Source: an uncultured Oscillospiraceae bacterium
Lineage (GTDB): Bacteria > Bacillota > Clostridia > Acetivibrionales > DTU013
Assembly (NCBI GenBank): GCA_964512095.1
Contig: CAZEIH010000017.1
Location: 267 to 64,266, forward strand
Length of the DNA: 64,000 nt
Reading direction: 5' to 3'
Shown: in pieces, positions 21,638 through 30,372 of the stretch
Numbering within the stretch: position 1 is the stretch's first letter
How the letters are laid out: each line of letters starts with the position of its first letter
Position numbers and translations under genes: made by a program
The notes under the pieces: generated by a model
What the model saw: the letters and a program-made list of their open reading frames with translations, nothing else
What the model was told of the DNA's origin: nothing
The model's database searches: none

Positions 21638-21836
21638 CACTGGCCTCTCATTCACTGGCCTCTCATTCACTGGCCCTTGATTTACTGGCCCTTGATTTAC
21701 TGGCCTCTCATTCACTGGCCCTCTAATACACTGGCCTCTCATTCACTGGCCCTTGATTTACTGGCCCTCTAATACACTGGCCTCTCATTCACTGGCCTCT
21801 ATTTCACTGGACCCTGATTGCTAACTGGCCTCATGC
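21638..21836. repeat. tandem array of about 13 units of 15-16 nt (core ACTGGCC)
   Basis: The units are ACTGGCC+TCTCATTC (A), ACTGGCC+CTTGATTT (B) and ACTGGCC+CTCTAATAC (C). The order is A A B B A C A B C A A' and then degenerate units. The array fills the alaS-HIT intergenic gap. Confidence 0.9.
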
Positions 21837-21862
21837 TCCTTTTGATTCTCCTCTTGTATCAC

Positions 21863-24559
21863 TTATTTCATCTGGCTTTTAAGGGCCTCAACTGCACATC
21901 TGAGGGCTTCTTCTATCTTTGATATATCTTTGCCTCCAGCTTGGGCCATGTCCGGCCTGCCGCCGCCACCGCCGCCTGCAGCCTTCGCAGCTTCCCTGAT
22001 AATATTACCACAATGAGCGCCGCGGCCAACAGCATCCTTAGAGGCCATTGCCACAAAGCTGACCCTCCCACCAAATGCCGAAGCCAGCACCACAACACCG
22101 GTTCCAATCTTGCTACGCAGGCTCTCACAAGCATTGCGAAGAGCATCCATATCTAACTGGTCAAACCTTGCAGTAACCACCTTCACACCGCTTATATCTA
22201 TTGCTTTGCCAAGCACTTCATCAAAGGAACTATTCACCAGCTTATCCTTCAACTGTTCAATTTCCTTATGTGCAGCTTTCAGCTCTGCGCTGATAGTCTC
22301 AACCTTTCTCAGGCTGTCCTGCGGTGTTGATTTCAATGCCGATGCGATACTGTTCAGCTGCCCTTCCCTCTCATTATAATACTCAAGTGCGCCCTTGCCG
22401 GTGAGTGCCTCAATCCTTCTAACACCAGCAGCAATACCACTCTCCCCAAGTATCTTGACAAGTCCTGCCTGGGCGGTAGAGCTAAGATGAGTACCTCCGC
22501 AAAGCTCAATGCTATAATCACCTGACCTAACAACTCGGACAACACTACCGTATTTCTCTCCAAAAAGTGCCATAGCACCAAGGCTCTTGGCCTCATCCAC
22601 CGGCATTTCCCGAACATCCACCTTCATGTTCTCCAAGATTTTTGCATTAACCTCATTCTCTACAGTCTTAAGCTCATCCTTTGTCATTGCAGAGAAATGG
22701 TTAAAGTCAAATCTCAATCTATCCGGCTCTACAAGTGAACCAGCCTGGGTAACATGGTCACCAAGTACATTCCTCAATGCTTTTTGCAGCAGATGAGTGG
22801 TTGTATGGTTCCTTGCTATTGACAGTCTTCTTTCAATATCTATCGCAGCCGTAACCCCAGTGTTCTTTTCAATAATACCCTCCTCAACAACACCCATATG
22901 GAGATACAAGCCCTCAGCAGTATTCTTGCAGCCATTTACCTTAACCACACCATTTTTTGCAGTAAGGATCCCTGTATCTGCCACCTGTCCGCCACTTTCG
23001 GCATAGAATGACGTTTTATCCAGTATAACCGTTACTTCATCACCCTGCTGAGCATTCTCCGACTGTTGGCCATCAAGAATAATATATAAAATCTTTGCAT
23101 CGCAACAAAAGCTATCGTATCCCACAAATTCTGTCTTCAAACTCTTATCAATACCTGCTGCCATATCCTGTCCCCAGGCAGAAGTCTCCTTGCTCTTCAA
23201 CGCCTCCCGAGCCTTTTTCTTCTGTTCATTCATTTCAGCCCTAAAGCCAGCCTCATCAACAGTCAATCCAGCCTCCTGCGCTATTTCCCTTGTCAGATCT
23301 AGCGGGAAACCATAGGTATCATGTAGCTTAAAGGCCATACTTCCAGGCATCTCGCTCTTTGCAGAAGCCTTGAGTTCATCTATGAATTCATTGAGGATAA
23401 CAATCCCCTGGTCGATAGTTGTAGCAAATCGCTCTTCTTCTATTCTAATAACCTTGCAGATATAATCTTCCTTGTCAGCCAGCTCGGGATAGGCATGCTT
23501 GGATTCCTGAATAACCACCCTTGCCACATCATGTAGGAACGAACCTTCGATACCAAGGAGCCTACCATGACGTGCAGCCCTTCTGAGTATCCTTCTAAGG
23601 ACATAGCCCCTGCCTTCATTAGATGGCAGTATTCCATCTGAAACCATCATCGTTGTACTTCTGATATGGTCGGTAATTACCCTGATGGAAACATCAACCT
23701 TATCGCCACTACCGCAGCTTACTTCCTTATCACCTGATGGCGTTCCGCCCGCCCCGTTCTTTGTAGCACCATACTCGACGCCAGCCTTATTACAGACATA
23801 GTCCAATATATATCTAATAGTATCCACTTCAAAAAGGTTTTCCACGTCCTGCATAATAACTGCTAGACGTTCCAGTCCCATACCAGTATCAATATTCTTC
23901 TTCTCCAGCTTCGAATAAGTCCCGTCCTCTTCCTTATTGAACTGTGTAAAAACCAGATTCCAGAATTCAATAAATCTATCGCATTCGCAACCAACCTTGC
24001 AGTCAGGTGAGCCGCAGCCTCTCTCCGGCCCTCTGTCATAATAAATCTCCGAGCATGGACCGCAAGGGCCTGTACCATGTTCCCAAAAATTGTCCGCCTT
24101 GCCCATCCTAACGATATGATCCGTTGAAAGGCCTATATCCTTGTTCCATATTTCAAATGCTTCATCATCTTCTTCATAAATAGAAGCGTAAAGCCTGTCT
24201 TCAGGTATCCCCATATCCTTTGTGACAAACTCCCACGCCCACGGGATAATCTCCTTCTTAAAATAGTCACCAAACGAAAAATTGCCGAGCATCTCAAAGA
24301 ATGTGCCATGCCGCGCTGTCTTTCCGACGTTTTCGATATCCGGGGTTCGGATGCACTTTTGGCAGGTGGTAATCCTGTTATGTGGCGGCTTCTCCACACC
24401 TGTAAAATATGGCTTTAGAGGAGTCATTCCCGCATTTATTAGCAAAATGCTTGGGTCATTGTGGGGCACCAGTGAAAAGCTCGGCATACGTAGGTGCTCC
24501 TTACCTTCAAAGAAACTCAAAAATCGCTCTCTTATTTCATTTAGTCCCAGTTTATTCAT
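21863..24559 (-). CDS. alaS: alanine--tRNA ligase
   Basis: The true N-terminus MNKLGLNEIRERFLSFFEGKEH starts at ATG 24559. Editing-domain motifs are HTTTHLL and CGGTH. The C-terminal DHHA1 carries GGGGGGRPDMAQAGG. Confidence 0.95.
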   Translation of the reverse strand: MNKLGLNEIRERFLSFFEGKEHLRMPSFSLVPHNDPSILLINAGMTPLKPYFTGVEKPPHNRITTCQKCIRTPDIENVGKTARHGTFFEMLGNFSFGDYFKKEIIPWAWEFVTKDMGIPEDRLYASIYEEDDEAFEIWNKDIGLSTDHIVRMGKADNFWEHGTGPCGPCSEIYYDRGPERGCGSPDCKVGCECDRFIEFWNLVFTQFNKEEDGTYSKLEKKNIDTGMGLERLAVIMQDVENLFEVDTIRYILDYVCNKAGVEYGATKNGAGGTPSGDKEVSCGSGDKVDVSIRVITDHIRSTTMMVSDGILPSNEGRGYVLRRILRRAARHGRLLGIEGSFLHDVARVVIQESKHAYPELADKEDYICKVIRIEEERFATTIDQGIVILNEFIDELKASAKSEMPGSMAFKLHDTYGFPLDLTREIAQEAGLTVDEAGFRAEMNEQKKKAREALKSKETSAWGQDMAAGIDKSLKTEFVGYDSFCCDAKILYIILDGQQSENAQQGDEVTVILDKTSFYAESGGQVADTGILTAKNGVVKVNGCKNTAEGLYLHMGVVEEGIIEKNTGVTAAIDIERRLSIARNHTTTHLLQKALRNVLGDHVTQAGSLVEPDRLRFDFNHFSAMTKDELKTVENEVNAKILENMKVDVREMPVDEAKSLGAMALFGEKYGSVVRVVRSGDYSIELCGGTHLSSTAQAGLVKILGESGIAAGVRRIEALTGKGALEYYNEREGQLNSIASALKSTPQDSLRKVETISAELKAAHKEIEQLKDKLVNSSFDEVLGKAIDISGVKVVTARFDQLDMDALRNACESLRSKIGTGVVVLASAFGGRVSFVAMASKDAVGRGAHCGNIIREAAKAAGGGGGGRPDMAQAGGKDISKIEEALRCAVEALKSQMK

Positions 24560-24607
24560 AGTATTCATCCTCTTATTTAGCATCAAGTAAATTAATGTAT
24601 TCAATTT

Positions 24608-24636
24608 ATCATATAAAAGAAGCCCAAAAGTGTCAA
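24608..24636 (-). promoter_or_regulatory. sigma-A-type promoter for alaS
   Basis: Minus strand reads TTGACA (24636-24631), a 17-nt spacer, then TATGAT (24613-24608). The remaining leader is only about 40 nt. Confidence 0.5.
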
Positions 24637-24655
24637 GATATCTTTGCGTGGCAGT

Positions 24656-24694
24656 GTGACAGGGAGATGTGACAGTACCCCGTCCCCTTGTCAC
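24656..24694. repeat. left copy of a ~35-nt direct repeat (…GTCCCCTTGTCAC)
   Basis: GTGACAGGGAGATGTGACAGTACCCCGTCCCCTTGTCAC. It matches 25189-25221 (CAGGGACAGGTGTCACACCAGTCCCCTTGTCAC). Confidence 0.7.
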
Positions 24695-24722
24695 CCAAAA
24701 CAGCAAAGGAGAACCCTCTCCT
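24695..24722 (-). terminator. putative terminator after the small coiled-coil ORF
   Basis: Minus strand reads AGGAGA-GGGT-TCTCCT followed by TTGCTGTTTTGGG. Confidence 0.45.
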
Positions 24723-24845
24723 CCAAAGAAAGTTCCCCCTCAATTAATTGCTTCATTATGTAAATAAGTACGTATATATTTTGAATATGCCCTCTAACCT
24801 AATTCAAACCCTATCCACGTACTAATATCAACCCGGCATATAATC

Positions 24846-25124
24846 CTACACTTTACCGCCCTTAATAACCCTTATCTCCACCTCTTGCCTCTCAACTATT
24901 TCTGATAAGCTATCAACCTTCTGCTCAACTACTGTTACTTTCTCATAAATGTGTTGATATCCATCACAAAGCATTTTTATATCCGGCTTGATTTCGTTTT
25001 CAGTAACTAATTCCAGCTTATTAAGCCGGTTTTCTATGAGATCCAGCCGGCCATCCACACCGTCAAACCTTTTTGATAACTCACCATACATTTTCGTAAG
25101 CAGACTATAAGTTTTGTCCTCCAT
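24846..25124 (-). CDS. hypothetical small coiled-coil protein (92 aa)
   Basis: The sequence is heptad-like (LDLIENRLNKLELVTENE...VEQKVDSLSEIVERQEVEIRV). ATG 25124 follows a G-rich RBS. I did not recognise a family. Confidence 0.5.
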   Translation of the reverse strand: MEDKTYSLLTKMYGELSKRFDGVDGRLDLIENRLNKLELVTENEIKPDIKMLCDGYQHIYEKVTVVEQKVDSLSEIVERQEVEIRVIKGGKV

Positions 25125-25188
25125 TTCACCAACCCCCACAAAAAATATTCTATCAGATTTGATAGAAAAGTGCCACTGGACTTTTGTC

Positions 25189-25221
25189 CAGGGACAGGTG
25201 TCACACCAGTCCCCTTGTCAC
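25189..25221. repeat. right copy of the ~35-nt direct repeat
   Basis: See 24656-24694. It overlaps the stop codon of the O-antigen-ligase-like gene. Confidence 0.7.
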
Positions 25222-26849
25222 AACCCGAAATACACTCCATAAAATAAAAACAAAACTAAGGACACAACTACTAAAACCAGTTTTCCTACTCTTTTACTAA
25301 TAACTCCTACCCCTTTGTTACCTACTCCACAGATATTGTCACCGTTTGAAGCCATCTCGGCCTTCGCCGTCCCTGTCCCCGCTTCCGCTTCTACACCTGC
25401 CACCTTTTCCACCCTAGTCATACTGGCAGCAAACATAACCCAAAGTAGCAATAGTAGCGAAACAAAGGAAAGATCGTAGTCAACAGCAGCGTGTCCAGCC
25501 AGTGAAATCAACGCACATAAAAGACCCCCAATATATACCATTGAAACAGCTTCTGACCCGGATGCAACACCCCTGTACTTCACATACGAACATATACAAC
25601 CACCAATTGAAAAAAGCACCATTGCCACAAAAGACAAAAAGCCCAGTATCCCGTTTTCAACAAACACCTGCAAATAATGATTATGAACAAAAGGTGCAGT
25701 GTAGAAGCTATCCTGAACGCTTTGGTACATTGCCTTCCAGCCACCCCCGCCAAACCCCGTAGGCCAGCTTTTAGCAATTAACTTCAGTGCATCAACGTCA
25801 TATTGTAGCCTTACAACAATATTAATATCATTGAAGCCCTCAGTAATTAGATTATCAAGTCTCTTAGCCATAACTGCCGGAAGAAGCCCAACAATACTCT
25901 CACTAAAGATTATCATACTAGTAACTGCAACAATCAAGAAACCACCAAATACAAATCTTGCGCCCTTTGGTAGAGCAATTTCTCTGCCTCCGGTAATGAG
26001 GCTATAGATTAGATGAAGTAAAGCATAAGAAACAGCAGCAATAGCAAAAGCTGCTACCAAACTAACAGCTGTACCAATATTGCTATGCTGGGAAACAGCT
26101 AAATCAAACCTCTCCAATGTTAAAAAAACAGGAGCGACAATAGTAATAAGACATATAATACTGTTGACCCATCTCTGTGTTGGCATTATAAAAACAAGTA
26201 ATGGAATAATCAGAATAAACACCAGATAGCCGCCTCTTGACCCAGTCATAAAGAAGGCATACAAAAAGACGCTGCCAACGCCTGTCCCCAAAGATCGTAG
26301 AACAAAACTCGTCTCAGCATTCACTAATGTAATTGCAAAAACAAGGCATATCACAAAGTATATAGCGGCAGTATTCGCATATTGAAATGTACTACCAACC
26401 CTACCTCCAATAGTAGTCACATCCCAAACATTAAATCTGTCAGTCAATGCCATAGTTCCAACCACTGCACTTGCAAATCCAACCACCACCACGGGTATCA
26501 TCAAACACCTGATTAATTTCTGCTTTTGTCCATAGAAATAGTCATATAACACAATAAACAAAACAAGCATTTCACCATACAACAGAAGCGTCCCAAGATT
26601 TTCTCTAGGCTCAGCTGCATTAATAAAGCTTATGCCATTTGCTACCACAAGCAACAAACCAGCACCTAGCATAGGCTTATCCACATGCACAGGTTCATCA
26701 TTTCTCAGCTTAATATAAAAATACAACATAAATAGCAGTGCAAGAGCCGCTAAGAACCCAAATATATCGTATGAAAAATAAAACCCTCTAAGGAGGGCAG
26801 AAATAGATACCAGAATCAATATACCTGTGACAATTATTCTCTTCATCAT
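25218..26849 (-). CDS. O-antigen ligase / Wzy_C-family membrane protein
   Basis: 543 aa with more than 10 predicted TM helices and the Wzy_C-like loop FVHNHYLQVFVENGILGF. Confidence 0.75.
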   Translation of the reverse strand: MMKRIIVTGILILVSISALLRGFYFSYDIFGFLAALALLFMLYFYIKLRNDEPVHVDKPMLGAGLLLVVANGISFINAAEPRENLGTLLLYGEMLVLFIVLYDYFYGQKQKLIRCLMIPVVVVGFASAVVGTMALTDRFNVWDVTTIGGRVGSTFQYANTAAIYFVICLVFAITLVNAETSFVLRSLGTGVGSVFLYAFFMTGSRGGYLVFILIIPLLVFIMPTQRWVNSIICLITIVAPVFLTLERFDLAVSQHSNIGTAVSLVAAFAIAAVSYALLHLIYSLITGGREIALPKGARFVFGGFLIVAVTSMIIFSESIVGLLPAVMAKRLDNLITEGFNDINIVVRLQYDVDALKLIAKSWPTGFGGGGWKAMYQSVQDSFYTAPFVHNHYLQVFVENGILGFLSFVAMVLFSIGGCICSYVKYRGVASGSEAVSMVYIGGLLCALISLAGHAAVDYDLSFVSLLLLLWVMFAASMTRVEKVAGVEAEAGTGTAKAEMASNGDNICGVGNKGVGVISKRVGKLVLVVVSLVLFLFYGVYFGL

Positions 26850-26897
26850 TAGTCCTCTCGTGTATGGAGCAATTACAATATTGCCTGGACAGCGTGC

Positions 26898-27626
26898 CTA
26901 TAGTAGCTGCACTGTTTCATTCCTGATGACAGCCGCTCCATTCTTATAGAACAGGTACTCAGACACATAAGCTCCATACCTCCATCTCACAATACGTTCT
27001 GCCTTACGAAGGTTGGGAGAACGCCTGCCTGCAGTATGAGCATCTGATCCAACAAACTGTATCAGCCCCATCCCAATAAACTTCATGACAGCAGACTTAA
27101 CCCTCCTACCGTAAAAACCGGTAATGCTGCCGCTATTAGCCTGGGCAAGAATACCCCTGCTTATAAAGTCTTCCAAAATTCCAGGATCCCTGCGAATTTC
27201 AAGATTCCTTTCAGGGTGTGCAATTATAGGCGTCAACCCTCTTAGTTGTAAGCTGAATAGGATTTCATCGGTGTAAACAGGAATACTGTCCGTAGGAAGC
27301 TCAATAAGAATGAAAAAAGAATCATTCAACGTAAAAATAATCCCTTCATCTAAAAGCTCCAGTAAATTCGGACACATAAACACCTCTGCCCCTGGATATA
27401 TATCTATGCTAAGCCCCTCACCACGAGCAAGCCTCCTGAGATCATCACACTTTTTCCATATGGTTTTTTTATCATTTTCCAGCGAGCCTGAAATAAAATG
27501 AGGTGCAGCAATAATATGCGCTGTGCCACTCATCTGAGCCGTTAGCAACATCCTAACAGCAGTCTTATTATCCTTAGCACCGTCATCTGCACCCACCAGT
27601 ATATGTGAGTGTATATCTGTATACAT
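26898..27626 (-). CDS. cpsB: CpsB/YwqE-type PHP-family protein-tyrosine phosphatase
   Basis: The N-terminal DIHSHILVGADDGA motif. It sits next to a BY-kinase pair. Confidence 0.85.
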   Translation of the reverse strand: MYTDIHSHILVGADDGAKDNKTAVRMLLTAQMSGTAHIIAAPHFISGSLENDKKTIWKKCDDLRRLARGEGLSIDIYPGAEVFMCPNLLELLDEGIIFTLNDSFFILIELPTDSIPVYTDEILFSLQLRGLTPIIAHPERNLEIRRDPGILEDFISRGILAQANSGSITGFYGRRVKSAVMKFIGMGLIQFVGSDAHTAGRRSPNLRKAERIVRWRYGAYVSEYLFYKNGAAVIRNETVQLL

Positions 27627-27639
27627 CTAAAATGTCCCC

Positions 27640-28404
27640 CTAGATACCCCGCTCACCATCAAAAGTAATAGCCTCATTATTAGAAATACCATACTTCCCT
27701 CTTTTCCTACCTCTGCCTTCGTTGTTATAGTAATCGTATTGGTAATAGTAAGAATTTCCACTGGCATGCTTATCCAACCTATTGAGTACAACCCCCAGAA
27801 TATTGGCATTCACCTTGTCAAGAAGCTCCTTTGCACGCTTAAGTCCGGCTGCCTCAACATGCCCGGAATGCGCAACCAGTATCGTACCATCTACATAGGT
27901 AGATATGATTGCAGCATCAGTCACTCGCCCAACTGGAGGTGCGTCCATTATGACAATATCATAATCCTTTACCACCTCCTGCATAAATTGCTTCATTGTA
28001 TTAGAAGATAGCAGCTCAGACGGATTCGGCGGAATTGTACCACAGGGCAGTATATCCAACTTCGGAACAGCACACTTACTCAAGCATTTCCTCAAGCTGT
28101 CATGTGCAACCAATAAATTGGTAAGCCCCAAACTGCTTTTAAGAGAGAATATTCTATGAATCCTGGGCTTTCGCATATCGGAATCAATTAGCAGCACACT
28201 ATTATCAGCTTGTGCGAAGGTGACTGCAATATTTACCGCTGTAGTCGTCTTTCCTTCCATGGGACCAGAACTAGTCACAACAATAGTCTTCAGCTGCTTA
28301 TCTACACTTGAGTACTGAATATTTGTCCTCAGTACTCTATATGCTTCAGCAACGGGAGACTTGGGATTGGAATAAGCCACGACAATATTATCCTGCATAT
28401 TCAA
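27640..28404 (-). CDS. cpsD: CpsD/YwqD-type tyrosine-protein kinase (BY-kinase)
   Basis: Walker A SSGPMEGKTTT, Walker A' LLIDSDMRKP, Walker B IVIMDAPP and the C-terminal Tyr cluster NSYYYQYDYY. Confidence 0.9.
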   Translation of the reverse strand: MNMQDNIVVAYSNPKSPVAEAYRVLRTNIQYSSVDKQLKTIVVTSSGPMEGKTTTAVNIAVTFAQADNSVLLIDSDMRKPRIHRIFSLKSSLGLTNLLVAHDSLRKCLSKCAVPKLDILPCGTIPPNPSELLSSNTMKQFMQEVVKDYDIVIMDAPPVGRVTDAAIISTYVDGTILVAHSGHVEAAGLKRAKELLDKVNANILGVVLNRLDKHASGNSYYYQYDYYNNEGRGRKRGKYGISNNEAITFDGERGI

Positions 28405-29093
28405 GCCCTCCTTCCTATTTTCTGAAATGCCGGTATCGCACCGATAACTGACAGCTCGACATGTCTTTGCACATCATCGGGAGTCTTGATGGTATCATCA
28501 AGAAATGCAATCAAAAATATTATGCCAACCCCAATTACCAGCCCAATAATAATTCCTAGTAAATAATTCATCTGCTTATTGGGGGACACAGGATACATGG
28601 GCATCTCAGCCTTATCTATAATCTGAACATTTTCAATTTGCATTATCTCCTTGACCTTACTTTGAAATACCTCAGCAACCTTATTTGTTATATCCATAGC
28701 CATCTGGGGATTCACGTCACTAACTGATATTTCAATCACTCTGGTCATATCTCTTTGATTAACGCTAACTCTGTTGGACATTGCTCTCGCACTGGTTTTA
28801 AGTCCAAGCTCATCAATAACCACATAGGCTACCCGCCTGCTTTTTGCTATCTCTCGATAATCCAGTATAAGATTGGAGCCCAGGTTCAGGTCTGCCGTCT
28901 GAACCCCTACTGCATCAGTGTTTTTGCCAACGTATAATGTAGTGCTTGCAGAGTACATCTCAGTGGTATAATAGTTTGTCCAAATATAAGACGCTACTCC
29001 TGTTAAGGTAATGCAAATTATAACAATCCACCATTTCCTCAGCAGTATTTTGAAAATATCCCTAACACTAATTTCAACCATTTTATCCTCCAT
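28401..29093 (-). CDS. cpsC: Wzz/CpsC-type chain-length regulator (kinase modulator)
   Basis: Two TM helices flank an extracytoplasmic domain. There is a 4-nt overlap with the kinase gene. Confidence 0.8.
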   Translation of the reverse strand: MEDKMVEISVRDIFKILLRKWWIVIICITLTGVASYIWTNYYTTEMYSASTTLYVGKNTDAVGVQTADLNLGSNLILDYREIAKSRRVAYVVIDELGLKTSARAMSNRVSVNQRDMTRVIEISVSDVNPQMAMDITNKVAEVFQSKVKEIMQIENVQIIDKAEMPMYPVSPNKQMNYLLGIIIGLVIGVGIIFLIAFLDDTIKTPDDVQRHVELSVIGAIPAFQKIGRRA

Positions 29094-29148
29094 AATTTGC
29101 TAAAGATGACATAAAAATTATAACATCTTGAAACATATTGTCAACTAG

Positions 29149-30351
29149 TCATTTCCTTTTAATATCCAACCATTTAAAAAGTCTAACATACTCATCAACG
29201 CCTTTGGCATCCGGCATTTTGTCAGAGAATCCCATATCCTTCCTTGCCACATTATTTACTATTCTATGTAGCCAGGCAACAGGAAGCAGTAATTTATATT
29301 TGCGAGCATAGGAGTAGGCATCTGACAGACTCTCTGAAGGGGGGAAAATGTAGGTCAATCTCGAAACCCTTCCACCACCACTATATGGGCTTATATACCT
29401 TGCCAATGCGCGGTATGATGCAGACCTGCTATCCTTGCCTCCAAATACGCCGGAGCTAAAAATAGCACTAATCATATTGTCTATATACTCTCTATCCTTA
29501 GAATATTTCCCGACTATATCCTGAGGGATATCTAAATTAAAAAACTCATAGCAGATAAACAGCACAACTTCAACAAACTTTCCAATTCCATAACCATAAG
29601 CTCTATCAAACAAATACTTCCAATCGATGGTTTGAGTAACCCTTCTAACAAGAAGATTCAGGTCTGACAGCTGTCTTAAGCCAAAGCCTCCCATACCGAA
29701 ATGGTTTGTCATATGAACACAGCAATATATTATCTGGTTGATATCAGAAGGAACAAGGAATGATATATTATCGGCTTCAAAGAGATAATTCGACTCCCAA
29801 ATCTCATTGTTAAAATCAGCAGCGGCTCTTCTTTTTTCTTCAGTAAACAATGAGAAATGCAGTTCAATAGGGATATGTCGGATATGGGCAAGGTTAATAT
29901 GCTTTGCATCCTCTTTTGTTTTAACATATCCATACCCCTCAATTACCTTCATTGCTTCTTCAAGGTATTGTTGTTTAGTCAGCAAATCGATATCACTCAT
30001 TGACCGCATATCCGGTTCCGGATACAAGTACTTGTAATGCAAGCCCTTCAGCGCCATAACTGGAACGTTAGCCTTTTCAAAATCAACAAACATATTTTTG
30101 AAAACATCAAATCTCTGACTATACTGCAGCACCTGAATAATCGTGTTTTTTCCCCAGCTATCAAACAATTCCGGATTAACATCGCATCCACATTCATGTG
30201 CTTTTGAGAAAATAATGGAGTGAATCTGGTGGGCAAATGCATCCTCACATAATTGCTGCCACTCCTGTGCTCCAAGATCAATGGACACAGAATCACAGCA
30301 GCCTGTTGCTGCCGATAGCAGCCTGACCAGTGCAATATCAACCTTATTCAT
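29149..30351 (-). CDS. uncharacterised nucleotidyltransferase family protein (NTP_transf_5-like)
   Basis: 400 aa. The MSDIDLL motif and overall pattern resemble the PF14907 family. Recognised by eye only. Confidence 0.6.
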   Translation of the reverse strand: MNKVDIALVRLLSAATGCCDSVSIDLGAQEWQQLCEDAFAHQIHSIIFSKAHECGCDVNPELFDSWGKNTIIQVLQYSQRFDVFKNMFVDFEKANVPVMALKGLHYKYLYPEPDMRSMSDIDLLTKQQYLEEAMKVIEGYGYVKTKEDAKHINLAHIRHIPIELHFSLFTEEKRRAAADFNNEIWESNYLFEADNISFLVPSDINQIIYCCVHMTNHFGMGGFGLRQLSDLNLLVRRVTQTIDWKYLFDRAYGYGIGKFVEVVLFICYEFFNLDIPQDIVGKYSKDREYIDNMISAIFSSGVFGGKDSRSASYRALARYISPYSGGGRVSRLTYIFPPSESLSDAYSYARKYKLLLPVAWLHRIVNNVARKDMGFSDKMPDAKGVDEYVRLFKWLDIKRK

Positions 30352-30372
30352 AGCATTCTCCTGATGGAACCA

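Noticed and set aside
21307-21772. Plus-strand ORFs reading through the 15-nt array (HSLASHSLAL…, HWPLIHWPLI…)
   Set aside because: These are periodicity artefacts. Their 5' parts are antisense to the well-supported HIT gene.
21638-21836. CRISPR array interpretation of the tandem arrays (also 60411-60645)
   Set aside because: The units are contiguous 15-19-nt repeats with no unique spacers. There are no cas genes in the window, and the repeat length is far below CRISPR repeats.
24560-24706. N-terminal 49-codon extension of the alaS ORF, and a possible alaS T-box
   Set aside because: The conserved AlaRS N-terminus starts at ATG 24559. The extension runs through a promoter (TTGACA-17-TATGAT) and the GTCCCCTTGTCAC repeat. 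The remaining ~40-nt leader cannot hold a T-box.
27627-27809. 60-aa minus-strand ORF overlapping the 3' end of the BY-kinase gene
   Set aside because: It is an alternate frame of a well-supported CDS and has no independent signal.
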